Assembly: GCA_964483315.1 (NCBI GenBank)
Contig: CAZAAL010000001.1
Coordinates: 48,867-112,866 of the forward strand
Direction of reading: 5' to 3'
DNA from: an uncultured Candidatus Saccharibacteria bacterium
GTDB lineage: Bacteria; Patescibacteriota; Saccharimonadia; Saccharimonadales; UBA10212
Length of the DNA stretch: 64,000 nucleotides
Below, piece after piece: positions 11,027-20,673 of the stretch. The translations under genes were made by a program, and so were the position numbers. Numbering within the stretch: position 1 is the first letter of the stretch; every line of letters starts with the position of its first letter. The notes beneath the pieces are model-generated. The model made no database searches. It was not told the origin of the DNA and saw only the letters and a list, made by a program, of their open reading frames with translations.

Positions 11027-11716
11027 TTATTGAGTACAGCCTTCGTTTAGCGATCCAAATATACACTTACCATTGCTATCTAAAACATTCACTTTGTCTT
11101 GACCACTTAAAACCTTTAGGGTTTGTATAAATTGGCTAGATTGAGCTTTGCTGTCAAAGTCTTTATCTAGCTGACGGCAAAACTGAACAATAACCGTGTC
11201 TTGAGTTTGAGTTATTTTGTAATCCTTGGAGTCACAATTACTGTCGCCTGTAAGTTTAACCCCACCATAGTAGCCTTCGGCCTTTTCAGCCGAGCTTGGT
11301 CCGGAAATAAGCTCTTCTACGGCAATAACATATGGATCTTGACCTTGATATACTAGCCGCTCAACGGACTTTAGTTCTGAATTTTGGCTTTGGGATTCGG
11401 GATATTTTGAATAATAAACTAGCACAGAGCCAGTAACCACCCTGTTATCTGGAGTGGCCAGTTGAGCTTCGCCTTCAACTGTGCTTTGAGTTTGCTGCTG
11501 ATTATCAGTTGATTTTGTGTCGGGGTTCTTTTGCTGTTCGTAAAGTAATCCTTGTTTAGTTATCTCTGTTTTTGCACTGTTCGAACTGTCTATAACTACA
11601 AAGCCAACCAACCCGCTAAGCGCTACAATTAAAGCAACTAACAGCACAAAAAGACCGATTCGATTTCGTTCCTCTCGGCCCATCTTCAATTTATTCTTAA
11701 GTTTAGATTCTGTCAT
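11027..11716 (-). CDS. Membrane-anchored GerMN-like domain protein
   Basis: 229 aa with an N-terminal TM anchor. The C-terminal region (VLVYYSK...YVIAVEELISGPSSAEKAEGYYG) resembles the GerMN domain. Confidence 0.45.
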   Translation of the reverse strand: MTESKLKNKLKMGREERNRIGLFVLLVALIVALSGLVGFVVIDSSNSAKTEITKQGLLYEQQKNPDTKSTDNQQQTQSTVEGEAQLATPDNRVVTGSVLVYYSKYPESQSQNSELKSVERLVYQGQDPYVIAVEELISGPSSAEKAEGYYGGVKLTGDSNCDSKDYKITQTQDTVIVQFCRQLDKDFDSKAQSSQFIQTLKVLSGQDKVNVLDSNGKCIFGSLNEGCTQ

Positions 11717-11741
11717 TGTCGCGAATAGGATATATTATAAC

Positions 11742-13436
11742 TTATTTTGAGTCTTTTTGCAGTTGCTTTGGAGCCGAAATGTTTAAGATACCAAGCCCGT
11801 TATGAATTATTGTTTTATACAGATTTAATATTGCCAATCTGATATCTTGGCGCTGATCTCCGATTACTCTGTTATTTTCATAAAATCGGTTGAACTCTCC
11901 AGCTAGTTCATATAAATAAGTACATAAATAATGAGGATAATTTTCTGCGGTCGCTTTTTGCAACAATGGCTTAAAGCTAAGCATTTTTTTAACTAATGGC
12001 ATCTCCGCATCATCAAGAACATAATCATGAGATTTTGATTCTTTAGCTTTTGCAGTTATAGACCAAGCCCTAGCATGCGCATACTGAATATAGGGCCCAC
12101 TGTTGCCCTGCAAGCTCACAGATTCCTCTGGATTAAAGATTAAATCAGCGCCAATTCGTTGCTTTAAAAATGAGTACTTAACCGCTGAGGTTGATACCTC
12201 TGGCTCATTTTTACCATTAAGCTTATAATTAGCCTGATCAGCAAGTTTTAACACTTGCTCTGCGCCTAGAATGTTCCCTTTACGACTACTCATTTTTTGC
12301 CCACCAGCCAGCTTAACTAAGCCATGAGTTATATGCTTGGTTTTCAAAGCAATCGAAGCATCAAGCTGTTCCATCGCCTTTATAACTACTTTCATGTACT
12401 CGGATTGTTCGTTACCAGTAATTATTACCGATAAATCGGGATTGTAGTCTGCTTTTTTCAGCTTCATTAAACCTAAATCTTTGGTCTCGTATGTCGGAAG
12501 CCCCTGCTTATTAATAAAAACCCTGGTATGTAAATCATATTTTTCGGCTATAAATACCACCGCACCGTCAGATCTTTCAAACACTCCAGCTTTTAGACCA
12601 TCATCGACCAATAGTTTGCCGATTGGTGCGGTTTCGCTTTCTGGGTAAAATTTATCAAAACGCGAACCGATTGATTTATAGAACTCGACAAAATAGTCAT
12701 AGCTCCATTGTCTGGTTGTCCAATAAATCAAACCTAGTGGCGATTTGGTATCTTTTTTTGAATTTACCTCGTAGAGGCGTATATTTAAGTCCTTTATATG
12801 ATTTTGGGCAGATTCTGACTCCTCATATAACCTATTACCTTCTACATACATCTTACTCAACCAAGCAGATCGCTCAGTTTGGTTTATCGATTCAAGTTTT
12901 TGGGGGTTTTCGCCGTCAAAGTTTTGAATTATGGCATACATGGTTTTAGCTACATGCAGTCCAACATCACCACCAAAATTAACTCTATATACTTTAGCTC
13001 CAGCATTTTCGTACAGGTTGGCCAAAGCATCCCCCACTACCGATGTATACAAATGACCAACGTGTAGTACTTTAAATGGATTTGGATCAGAATATTCTAC
13101 GATTACCGTTTTGCCTTTAAAGTTATCCAGTTTCCCATATTGATCACCAAGTTGATGGGCTTTTTCAAACTCTTTGTTCCAATAATTATTCGATAGCTTA
13201 AAGTTTATAAAACCCGGCCCGGCTGGCTCTGCCAAAAATAAGTCGTTACTTGAAACATGCCCACATATTTCTTCAGCTATCTGCCTTGGATTATTGGCTA
13301 ATTCGGCAGATAACCGCATCGCAATATTGGTTGAATAATCACCAAACTGAGCATCTGTTGGCTCTAGCTCGGCCTGAACATCAAGATTGAATAAATTTTT
13401 GACAGCCTTATTAAGGGCTTGGGTTATCTCGTCCAT
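11742..13436 (-). CDS. argS: Arginine--tRNA ligase
   Basis: 564 aa with class I HIGH-like (NPFKVLHVGHLYTSVVGD) and MSSRKG (KMSKS-like) motifs and a DALR anticodon-binding tail. Confidence 0.93.
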   Translation of the reverse strand: MDEITQALNKAVKNLFNLDVQAELEPTDAQFGDYSTNIAMRLSAELANNPRQIAEEICGHVSSNDLFLAEPAGPGFINFKLSNNYWNKEFEKAHQLGDQYGKLDNFKGKTVIVEYSDPNPFKVLHVGHLYTSVVGDALANLYENAGAKVYRVNFGGDVGLHVAKTMYAIIQNFDGENPQKLESINQTERSAWLSKMYVEGNRLYEESESAQNHIKDLNIRLYEVNSKKDTKSPLGLIYWTTRQWSYDYFVEFYKSIGSRFDKFYPESETAPIGKLLVDDGLKAGVFERSDGAVVFIAEKYDLHTRVFINKQGLPTYETKDLGLMKLKKADYNPDLSVIITGNEQSEYMKVVIKAMEQLDASIALKTKHITHGLVKLAGGQKMSSRKGNILGAEQVLKLADQANYKLNGKNEPEVSTSAVKYSFLKQRIGADLIFNPEESVSLQGNSGPYIQYAHARAWSITAKAKESKSHDYVLDDAEMPLVKKMLSFKPLLQKATAENYPHYLCTYLYELAGEFNRFYENNRVIGDQRQDIRLAILNLYKTIIHNGLGILNISAPKQLQKDSK

Positions 13437-13454
13437 TTTAGTAAAGTATATCAG

Positions 13455-14138
13455 TTATCGTTTAAGCTTTGTCGGGGTTTTCTTGTCGAGTGTCTTGTAG
13501 AAATGCCATATACCTAGATAAATTGATCCAAGTAAAATAAAAAATAGCCCAGTCATTGTTATAAACCTTGGATGACCTAATGGGTCAATAATTCTATCTG
13601 TTAGATCAACTACAATACCTGCTGGATTGCTTATAACGTCCCAGGTGTTCCACCTTAAATCACGACCTAAATAAATCCCAAAACTACTTAAAAGCAAAAC
13701 GCCAGTAGCTACATAGCCACTGATTTTAGAACCTAATATTGGAATCAACCTGGTATGGACTAAAAATAAGCTGCTAAAGCCGGCAATGAACCCAACAACT
13801 ACCAAACTTGCGATTAATACAATATCGTATAGCTGGCTTACCTCACCCGTAGGATATACATGAACAAAGTCGGTTAACACATACCAGGTGTTGGGCAAAA
13901 ATCCTACCCACATAACAATTAAAATCATAGTTTTATAATCGACGACTTTTTTTAATCGCTCACCAGTAAAGTAGCCCAGTACCAACGCAATCCAAATTAA
14001 GGCCAAGTTCCAAGGAATAAATCCATATCTAAAGGCATCGCTCGCGATTATTCTTATGCAAAAAAGCAATAGACAAACTAAAGTCAGGCCTACAAGGCCT
14101 TTTATAAACGATACCTGCAACGAACTTAACTTAATCAC
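13455..14138 (-). CDS. DUF1361-like integral membrane protein
   Basis: 227 aa, about 6 TM, with motifs NLALIWIA and LPNTWYVLTDFVH. Confidence 0.55.
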   Translation of the reverse strand: MIKLSSLQVSFIKGLVGLTLVCLLLFCIRIIASDAFRYGFIPWNLALIWIALVLGYFTGERLKKVVDYKTMILIVMWVGFLPNTWYVLTDFVHVYPTGEVSQLYDIVLIASLVVVGFIAGFSSLFLVHTRLIPILGSKISGYVATGVLLLSSFGIYLGRDLRWNTWDVISNPAGIVVDLTDRIIDPLGHPRFITMTGLFFILLGSIYLGIWHFYKTLDKKTPTKLKR

Positions 14139-14244
14139 TGTGTATAAGTATAGACTAAACAGGGGTAAAATAGATAGTTAAGTCAATTTTATTAAATTTA
14201 ATCATTTACATATTTAAATGTTTGATATAATATAAACTTACGTT

Positions 14245-14523
14245 ATGCATAACAATCAAATAGTTACGGTGTATAAGGCATTGGCCGACCCAACCCGTTT
14301 AGCGTTGGTACGTGAACTGGCTACTTGCCCTACTGCCAAAAAAAGTTGTAGCGATTTATCAGCTCAACAACAGTTAAGTCAGCCCGCAATGAGTCATCAT
14401 TTTGCTAAATTAGTGCAAGCTGGCGTTGTCTTAGAACAAAAAAGCGGAACAAAAAAGCAGTACGAACTAAATAAAGATCTACTCGCTGAATGCGGAATAA
14501 ATATTAAAAAACTAGGAGCATAA
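14245..14523 (+). CDS. ArsR/SmtB family transcriptional regulator
   Basis: 92 aa with VYKALADPTRLALVRELA and a winged HTH. Confidence 0.8.
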   Translation: MHNNQIVTVYKALADPTRLALVRELATCPTAKKSCSDLSAQQQLSQPAMSHHFAKLVQAGVVLEQKSGTKKQYELNKDLLAECGINIKKLGA

Positions 14524-14526
14524 ATT

Positions 14527-15096
14527 TTGAAAACATTAATTATCGTAGGTTCGGTTCGTCCGAACAATAAAAGCACGCGAGTCGCCAAATGGCTCGAACA
14601 ACAGCTAAAAAAAGATGGTCGGCTAGACCCAGAACTTATAAACCCTGAAGATCTAGATTTACCATTTTATAACGAAGAAATGGGTCCATTCGGCCTTGCC
14701 AGCAGCGGTAAGGACTATCAAAATCCAAAAGGTAGACAATGGGCAGATAAAGTAAAAGAATCAAAAGCATTTGTAATAATCACCCCAGAATACAACCATG
14801 GCTACCCTGCCATACTAAAAAATACACTAGATTGGGTTGGTCCCGAATGGAAGCATAAACCAGCCCTTTTAATAAGTCACTCCTGGAGCAGTATAGGTGG
14901 TAGCCGAGCTGTCGAACAACTTAGACAAGTATTACCAGAACTAGGTCTAATTACCGCAACAAATGCTGTCAATATTTCGGCGGTATCTGAAAAAATTGAT
15001 GAATCAGGAAACAACTCAGATGAAGGCTTATCAAAATTTTTTGCTCAGTCATTAGAAGAATTTGTGACACTCGCTAAAAAGTTGAACACAAATTAG
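14527..15096 (+). CDS. NADPH-dependent FMN reductase family protein
   Basis: 189 aa (TTG start) with KTLIIVGSVRPNNKS and ITPEYNHGYPAILKNTLDW. Confidence 0.75.
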   Translation: MKTLIIVGSVRPNNKSTRVAKWLEQQLKKDGRLDPELINPEDLDLPFYNEEMGPFGLASSGKDYQNPKGRQWADKVKESKAFVIITPEYNHGYPAILKNTLDWVGPEWKHKPALLISHSWSSIGGSRAVEQLRQVLPELGLITATNAVNISAVSEKIDESGNNSDEGLSKFFAQSLEEFVTLAKKLNTN

Positions 15097-15188
15097 CCTA
15101 TTGAATACAAATTTGATATAATTAACCTTGAAACGATACGTTTTTTGCGAGAAGCACCTGATCCGCCCCAAAATCTGGGCGGATTTTT

Positions 15189-15872
15189 TTATCCCTGTGT
15201 AATTAACCAGTTCGGGCTAGTAAAGATATTTTGCATCCTAAAACGTAGTTCCCCAAGCTCATTATCAAGAGTCTCTTGGCTCTCGCCAAGAACGTTTAAA
15301 CTTATAAATGGCTCGTGTACGTTCATACCGCAAAAGGCGAAAATCCCGTGATGTATTGTATGTAGCATTTGAAGTGTGGTCATTTTATGCAAACCGTTTT
15401 CATTGTAGTAATCTTTTGGGTGCCCACCACTTAAGACCATCATTGCTTGCTTGCCCTTTAAAAGCCCATTGCCATAAATCTGACCACCGTCCCAGGTAAC
15501 ACCCATAGCCATTACTCTATCAAACCAACCCCGCATAATGGCCGGAACATCAAACCACCATATCGGTGCTACAAAAATTACAATATCAGCCTGCTGAAGT
15601 TTTTGAATCTCGCCAACAATATCGGGGGCAAAAGATAAGTCATTAGTCACTGCATGTTTTTGTTCCATCATGTAGTTAAAGTGCTTACCACTTAGAGTCG
15701 TAAAATCCCACTTTTCGGCAATTGGGTTAAAGCCTTGCCCATATAGATCGCTTAAAAGTATTTCGTGATGCGCTAAACTTAGCTCTTCGATTACTACATT
15801 GTTAAGAGCAGCCGTAAACGATGTTGGTTCATGATGAGCGTACACCACCAACGCTTTCATATATTTAACCAA
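15189..15872 (-). CDS. Flavodoxin-like fold NAD(P)H (quinone) oxidoreductase
   Basis: 227 aa with MKALVVYAHHEPTSF and ADIVIFVAPIWWFDVPAIMRGWFDRV. An alternative start lies at 15860. Confidence 0.75.
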   Translation of the reverse strand: MVKYMKALVVYAHHEPTSFTAALNNVVIEELSLAHHEILLSDLYGQGFNPIAEKWDFTTLSGKHFNYMMEQKHAVTNDLSFAPDIVGEIQKLQQADIVIFVAPIWWFDVPAIMRGWFDRVMAMGVTWDGGQIYGNGLLKGKQAMMVLSGGHPKDYYNENGLHKMTTLQMLHTIHHGIFAFCGMNVHEPFISLNVLGESQETLDNELGELRFRMQNIFTSPNWLITQG

Positions 15873-16653
15873 ATAACCTTTTTGCCGCTAGCCTTACAGA
15901 TAAGCCTCTTGGCATAAGTTTATAAAGCAATGTCCTAAAACGATTTTTTAAACCATGCATGGCAACTGGTTTTCGGTGTAACATTGAGTTGTACCCATAA
16001 ACAGCTACGGTTTTGGCGCTTGGGAACTTGCTGCTTCGCTTTGCTAACTTAGTACCCTTCAAACTTGCTCTATCCCAAAATGGAGTGTTTGTGGGGCCTG
16101 GGCAAAATGCTGTAACCGATACGCCCGTACCCTTTAATTCATAATTCATAGCCTGTGATAAGGCTAAAACATAGTGCTTAGTAGCATGATACACTGCCAT
16201 CCTTGGACCAGGTACGAAAGAGGCAGTGCTAGCAATGTTCAATATCCTGCCGTCTCCACGCTCCTTCATTGTGCTAGCAAACATCTTTGATAAATACGTC
16301 AACGCGGTATCGTTAACGCCAATCATCTCTTTTTCAAGATTCCAATCGGTTTGAGTTATTTTACCGTATTCGCCAAAACCTGCACTATTTACAAGATACT
16401 CAACGTCTAGCTTTTTTTTCTTACAAAATTCAAATAGACCTTCGGCTACTCCGGTTTTTGATAAATCACCAACCGAAAGATGTATATCAACGTGATACTT
16501 ATTTTTTAGCTCTTTAGCAAAAGTTGCCAACTTATTGCCATTTTTAGCAGCTAGCACCAAGTTAACTTCGTCCTGAGCAAACAGGATCGCGATTTCTTTA
16601 CCAATCCCGCTTGACGCGCCAGTAACTACTGCATAAACACCGTCTTTTGCCAT
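15865..16653 (-). CDS. SDR family oxidoreductase
   Basis: 262 aa with the TGASSGIG cofactor motif, NSAG and YHATKHYV (YxxxK). Confidence 0.85.
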   Translation of the reverse strand: MAKDGVYAVVTGASSGIGKEIAILFAQDEVNLVLAAKNGNKLATFAKELKNKYHVDIHLSVGDLSKTGVAEGLFEFCKKKKLDVEYLVNSAGFGEYGKITQTDWNLEKEMIGVNDTALTYLSKMFASTMKERGDGRILNIASTASFVPGPRMAVYHATKHYVLALSQAMNYELKGTGVSVTAFCPGPTNTPFWDRASLKGTKLAKRSSKFPSAKTVAVYGYNSMLHRKPVAMHGLKNRFRTLLYKLMPRGLSVRLAAKRLFG

Positions 16654-16799
16654 ACTAGGCTAATTATATAACTTCTATAGATAAAGAACCAAACGATGTT
16701 CTTCCCGAACGTGGTGAACTTTTGAGAGCAAAAAGTCCAACAGAACTCCCAGCAAAGCTCAAAACTGCATTTAATTTATGCTCAGACCCAGGGAAACAA

Positions 16800-17369
16800 T
16801 CAAGCTATCTTTAACTCTCCAATGAATTTTTCTGACCTTAAAGCCATCTTTAGTCTATCTCTATAAGTTTTTTGATGACCATTGCTAGGGAATGGTAAAT
16901 ATGTATTATATGGGAGCACTAAACTGCTTTTAAATTCGTTGCTCAGTCCAGCATAAACACTTTTTTTGACAATAAAGCAGATAAAATTACCGTTTAGTTT
17001 AGATATTCTTTCTTTTAGGTATTTTTCGTTGTCCCGAATCAAATTTATTCGAGTCAGCTCTTTTGTTTTGCTTGGAATCCTTTGCTCAACTGCATCAATT
17101 ACGAAAAACTTATCTTGTTTAAATCTTTTTAGTAGCATGGTTTTTTGTTCGCGTATTTCATTTGTTCTTACTTTCTCATATTCAGAGTAAATTGCCCTTA
17201 TTGTATTAATGAACAGGTGGTCATGGGAGCTAACATCTTCATAATAAAAATACCTTTCATCAGCTGGTGGAGCTTCAGCAATAATAAGCACTTCAACATT
17301 TTCAGGTCTGTACTTATCTTGTGCATTTTTACGCGCCAAAAAATCGGTATCCTTTACAATCATGCTCAT
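16800..17369 (-). CDS. Hypothetical protein, possibly uracil-DNA-glycosylase superfamily-like
   Basis: 189 aa. VLIIAEAPP and a later PFPSNGHQ loosely resemble UDG motifs A and B. The assignment is weak. Confidence 0.35.
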   Translation of the reverse strand: MSMIVKDTDFLARKNAQDKYRPENVEVLIIAEAPPADERYFYYEDVSSHDHLFINTIRAIYSEYEKVRTNEIREQKTMLLKRFKQDKFFVIDAVEQRIPSKTKELTRINLIRDNEKYLKERISKLNGNFICFIVKKSVYAGLSNEFKSSLVLPYNTYLPFPSNGHQKTYRDRLKMALRSEKFIGELKIA

Positions 17370-17417
17370 ATTCCAAATTATACTCCGAACAAGCTAAGAT
17401 TTTTAAAAGTCTTGACC

Positions 17418-18731
17418 TTAATTATAATTGTAGCTTTTATATTTATTTATATCTGCTTTTACGGTGCTTAAGCTTTTATTATAATTATCTAGTAAGCTAT
17501 TATAGTAACTTACCTGGTAGTTATATGAGCTTAGCGCTAACGAATAAGAACTATACTTATAGGTCTTATTATAATTAGTGACCGTATCGCATTGATAAGT
17601 GTACATAGGGCTATAAGAATACATGCTCCAACTGTAGCTATAGTTATACTTATATCCGCAGTCAAGTTTAGTTGATGGCTCAGAAAGGTAACTGGTGTAG
17701 GCATATTGCTGGGCGCTTTTCCGCCTTAGAAGTTCACCATATGCTATCTCTAGGGTCTTATTCTTTACTGAAAGTTGATCTAAGCCTGTAATTATTTTAT
17801 TTTCAAGATTAGTTACTTCAACTATCCTTTGATATTTCTTGCCGTCGTTGACTTCGATAACTAGATTTGGGGAAGAAATAGATTTTTTTGAGTAGTAATC
17901 CACTTTTGATGGGTCTGAGTCAGTACTTAAATCTGAGATTGACTTTATAGCAACAGCGGCTTTTCCATTAGTATTATTTATGTCTTCAGGAATCTCACCG
18001 GGCGCAAAGCCTGAAGTAGTGACTTCCATATAAGCATAATCTGTCTTAAAATCCGTGTAACCACTGGGCGCTTTAATACCCAGAGCCATGTGCTTTTCGT
18101 CAGGGAATATTAAAATCCCAGTACCAAAGCCAAGCTCTTTTAAAATTGCACTTGCTAAGTACGTTTTATCTGTACATATACCAGAATTTTTGTATAAAGT
18201 TTCATAAGGAAACTGTGCCAACTCACGGTTGGAGATAGTTGACTTACTTAAAACTAAATTGGCCTTATTCTCGTCGTAAGGTATGTTCTGTACTAAACAT
18301 GTTGTCAGTTCTACTAATTGGTCATCATTGAGGTTTTTGGAATCAGCAATCGTTTTTATATTGTTAGCTAAATTCTTGATGGCGCCATCATTTTTGCTAC
18401 TTAATGTCATCCCGGCTAGTTCTGTATTGTTTATGTATTTATTCTTCGAGGATAGATTTTTGTAATACGTATTTATATTTGAATGAGTTTTTACATCTGT
18501 ACTGATGCTTTGCCCTGAATATGTGCAACTTAATGTGTTCACTCGTTCTCCAAACTTGAACACAGGGAAAGCATTAACTACAGAGCTAGAATAACCAGAT
18601 AGATAAGAAACTATTAAAACAAGAATGCAAAATGATAACAGAAAAATAAGCCTATTTTTTCGGTTTATCTGTCTAAGGTTTTTAAAAAAAGAAATGCTAT
18701 TGGTACCGTTTCGCTCATGTAGTCTTTTCAT
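17418..18731 (-). CDS. Secreted/anchored transglutaminase-like (Cys-His) protein with a Tyr/Ser/Asn-rich C-terminal tail
   Basis: 437 aa with an N-terminal TM or signal. GICTDKTYLASAILKELGF...HMALGIK resembles a transglutaminase-like core. The last ~90 aa are low complexity (YSYSWSMYSYSPMYTY...SSYNYQVSYYN). Confidence 0.45.
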   Translation of the reverse strand: MKRLHERNGTNSISFFKNLRQINRKNRLIFLLSFCILVLIVSYLSGYSSSVVNAFPVFKFGERVNTLSCTYSGQSISTDVKTHSNINTYYKNLSSKNKYINNTELAGMTLSSKNDGAIKNLANNIKTIADSKNLNDDQLVELTTCLVQNIPYDENKANLVLSKSTISNRELAQFPYETLYKNSGICTDKTYLASAILKELGFGTGILIFPDEKHMALGIKAPSGYTDFKTDYAYMEVTTSGFAPGEIPEDINNTNGKAAVAIKSISDLSTDSDPSKVDYYSKKSISSPNLVIEVNDGKKYQRIVEVTNLENKIITGLDQLSVKNKTLEIAYGELLRRKSAQQYAYTSYLSEPSTKLDCGYKYNYSYSWSMYSYSPMYTYQCDTVTNYNKTYKYSSYSLALSSYNYQVSYYNSLLDNYNKSLSTVKADINKYKSYNYN

Positions 18732-18747
18732 GTTTAATTAGCAACTT

Positions 18748-19620
18748 TTAGGACTTAATAAATGTAGCTAATACTCTTTTTGACTTTGACCAGTAAGCGA
18801 ACCATAAAAACGCAACAACGCCGTATACTATTAACTTGGCAGGTTCTCCATCATTAGTGACAGAATACTCGTTGTAAATATTTAGTAGCCAAACTCCAAA
18901 AATAAAATAGAAGACAGCTAGTATTATCTCAAGTATTTTGACATATCTAATTGTGTTTTTTCTTTTTTTGAAAAAAGAGTACCAAACCCCTACAGTCCAC
19001 AACACAATTGCTCCCTCAATGTAAATAGCGGCATATGAGTAGTACATTAGGCTACCATCAATAGAGGTTAGATCTTCGCTAAAAATAGTACCGATATCGA
19101 TTAGTAGAACCACTGGTATAGCTATGAGCCTTAAAGCATAAAGCGCTAGCCATCCCTCTAGTTTGCCGCTATATTTTTTTCTCAGCTCCTTGATAGATTT
19201 TTCTTGGCTTAAATTATTTGTAGTTGTAGCCGTATCAAAATCTTTCTCAATGTAGTTTTCCGATTCGGTTTCATTAAAATTCTCTGGTTCATTCGAAACA
19301 GAGGAATAGTAGAGCTCAGCCAATAAAAAACCAGTGCTTGAGTACTTCGTCCTATCTGGCTCTAGAACTAATGCGTCGTGTATATACTCAAGAGCTTTGG
19401 TTTTATCATTTCTTACATAATAAATAATTGATTGAAGCTCGTACAACCTATAGTTTGGGTTCTTAAGCTCCTGGTCGGTCTCATCTAAAACTTTTTGTAA
19501 TTTATCAAGCTTTGATTCAGTGATTGTACCGTCAGCTATTGATATCTCTAGTTTTGTTATCAGTTGATTGATACCAGTAGCTGGCTTATTTACTAGCCTC
19601 TCCATATAGATATAATACAC
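18748..19620 (-). CDS. Hypothetical membrane protein (helical N-domain plus 4 C-terminal TM)
   Basis: 290-aa ORF. The hydrophobic C-terminal half is clear. No family recognised. Confidence 0.5.
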   Translation of the reverse strand: MYYIYMERLVNKPATGINQLITKLEISIADGTITESKLDKLQKVLDETDQELKNPNYRLYELQSIIYYVRNDKTKALEYIHDALVLEPDRTKYSSTGFLLAELYYSSVSNEPENFNETESENYIEKDFDTATTTNNLSQEKSIKELRKKYSGKLEGWLALYALRLIAIPVVLLIDIGTIFSEDLTSIDGSLMYYSYAAIYIEGAIVLWTVGVWYSFFKKRKNTIRYVKILEIILAVFYFIFGVWLLNIYNEYSVTNDGEPAKLIVYGVVAFLWFAYWSKSKRVLATFIKS

Positions 19621-19763
19621 CTCATATATTCAATCTTGAGAAGGAAAATTTGTTTGGAAAAACAAAAACTACGTATAAATAAGTGTATAGCTCATCACTA
19701 AGCAGATGTTGTTCATATACTTAAGCGTTTTATTTGATTAAGTGTATAATTTATACTTCACCT

Positions 19764-20372
19764 ATGACCAGGGCTGAGATAAAGAAATTTCTTGATTCAC
19801 GTTCTGCTTTAAAAGAACGAACAATTGTTATAGTTGACTTTGGGAATGTTGTAAAGTGGGAAAATAGTCTTGGGTGGAAGGTAGGAATAAAAGAGCTAGG
19901 CGATTTGGTTAAGCACTTTTCATCTGGAAAAATGTTTTTACGTCGTTTCTACTACGGTTTAGATTATGGGCCAAAAGAAAAGTCAACAATTCTAAGCCCT
20001 TGGTCTAAAAATATCTTCCTTAGAGCTCAGATGAATGGATTCGAAGTTATATCAAAAAGAGTAAAGTACATGCCTAATCTAAATTACTCTGAATATTATG
20101 ACAAAAAATGTGACTTGGACGTTGAGATGACAGTTGATTTAATTAAAGAATGTAAGAATTATGACCAAATAGTTATTTTCTCAGGAGATGGAGACTTAGC
20201 TTATGCTATTGAATATCTATCAAGTCAGTTTGGGAAGAAATGTATAATTTTTGGTGCAAGAGATCACGTTGGCAGAGAAATCATAGACTCTCATAAAAAT
20301 GGTTTCGTGCAAAATATATTGTTTGCTGAAGACTTTGAATATCGTTTAAGTCTCAATAAAAGAGGCAATTAA
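19764..20372 (+). CDS. NYN (LabA-like) domain protein
   Basis: VIVDFGNV...VIFSGDGDLAYAIEYL is typical of NYN/LabA nuclease-fold proteins. The ATG at 19764 is preferred over the track start at 19734. Confidence 0.65.
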   Translation: MTRAEIKKFLDSRSALKERTIVIVDFGNVVKWENSLGWKVGIKELGDLVKHFSSGKMFLRRFYYGLDYGPKEKSTILSPWSKNIFLRAQMNGFEVISKRVKYMPNLNYSEYYDKKCDLDVEMTVDLIKECKNYDQIVIFSGDGDLAYAIEYLSSQFGKKCIIFGARDHVGREIIDSHKNGFVQNILFAEDFEYRLSLNKRGN

Positions 20373-20509
20373 TTCAGAAACCCGTCCTAACGATACGTAT
20401 AGAACGGGTTTCGATCAAATTCTGGTAAGCCTAAAGCTTACAGTGTTAATAATACCAAATATATGAGATTTCGTCAATGCATTTGCTTGAGCGTACCCTT
20501 GCCTAACTT

Positions 20510-20660
20510 TCAGGCTTGAATGAAGTGCTAGGAAACAACGAGCAACGGAGCTAGCTGTATATGAAATACTGCTAGCGAGTAGCGGAGTTGATGACAACGC
20601 AATTCGTCAAGAAGGTTCTCCGGTGTGGCTGGCTTTGCCAGTCAGCAGGGAGAACCTGAC
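20510..20660 (+). ncRNA. Candidate structured RNA/element, copy 1 (paralog of 31642-31810)
   Basis: Shares ordered motifs with copy 2: GTGCTAGGA (20525), AACGGAG (20544, same 19-nt offset), a hairpin, GAGTAG, AACGCAA, a GGCTTTGCC hairpin (20631) and AGCAGG (20644). Stems are 20551-75, 20588-94/20604-10 (with a U.G pair on the plus strand) and 20613-21/20649-57. Strand is inferred from G.U pairs only. Confidence 0.4.
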
Positions 20661-20673
20661 CTGAGCTTTAGAG

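Noticed and set aside
14185-14215. ArsR operator-like palindrome upstream of arsR
   Set aside because: Only an 8-bp ATTTAAAT core is palindromic. In DNA this AT-rich, that is not distinguishable from chance.
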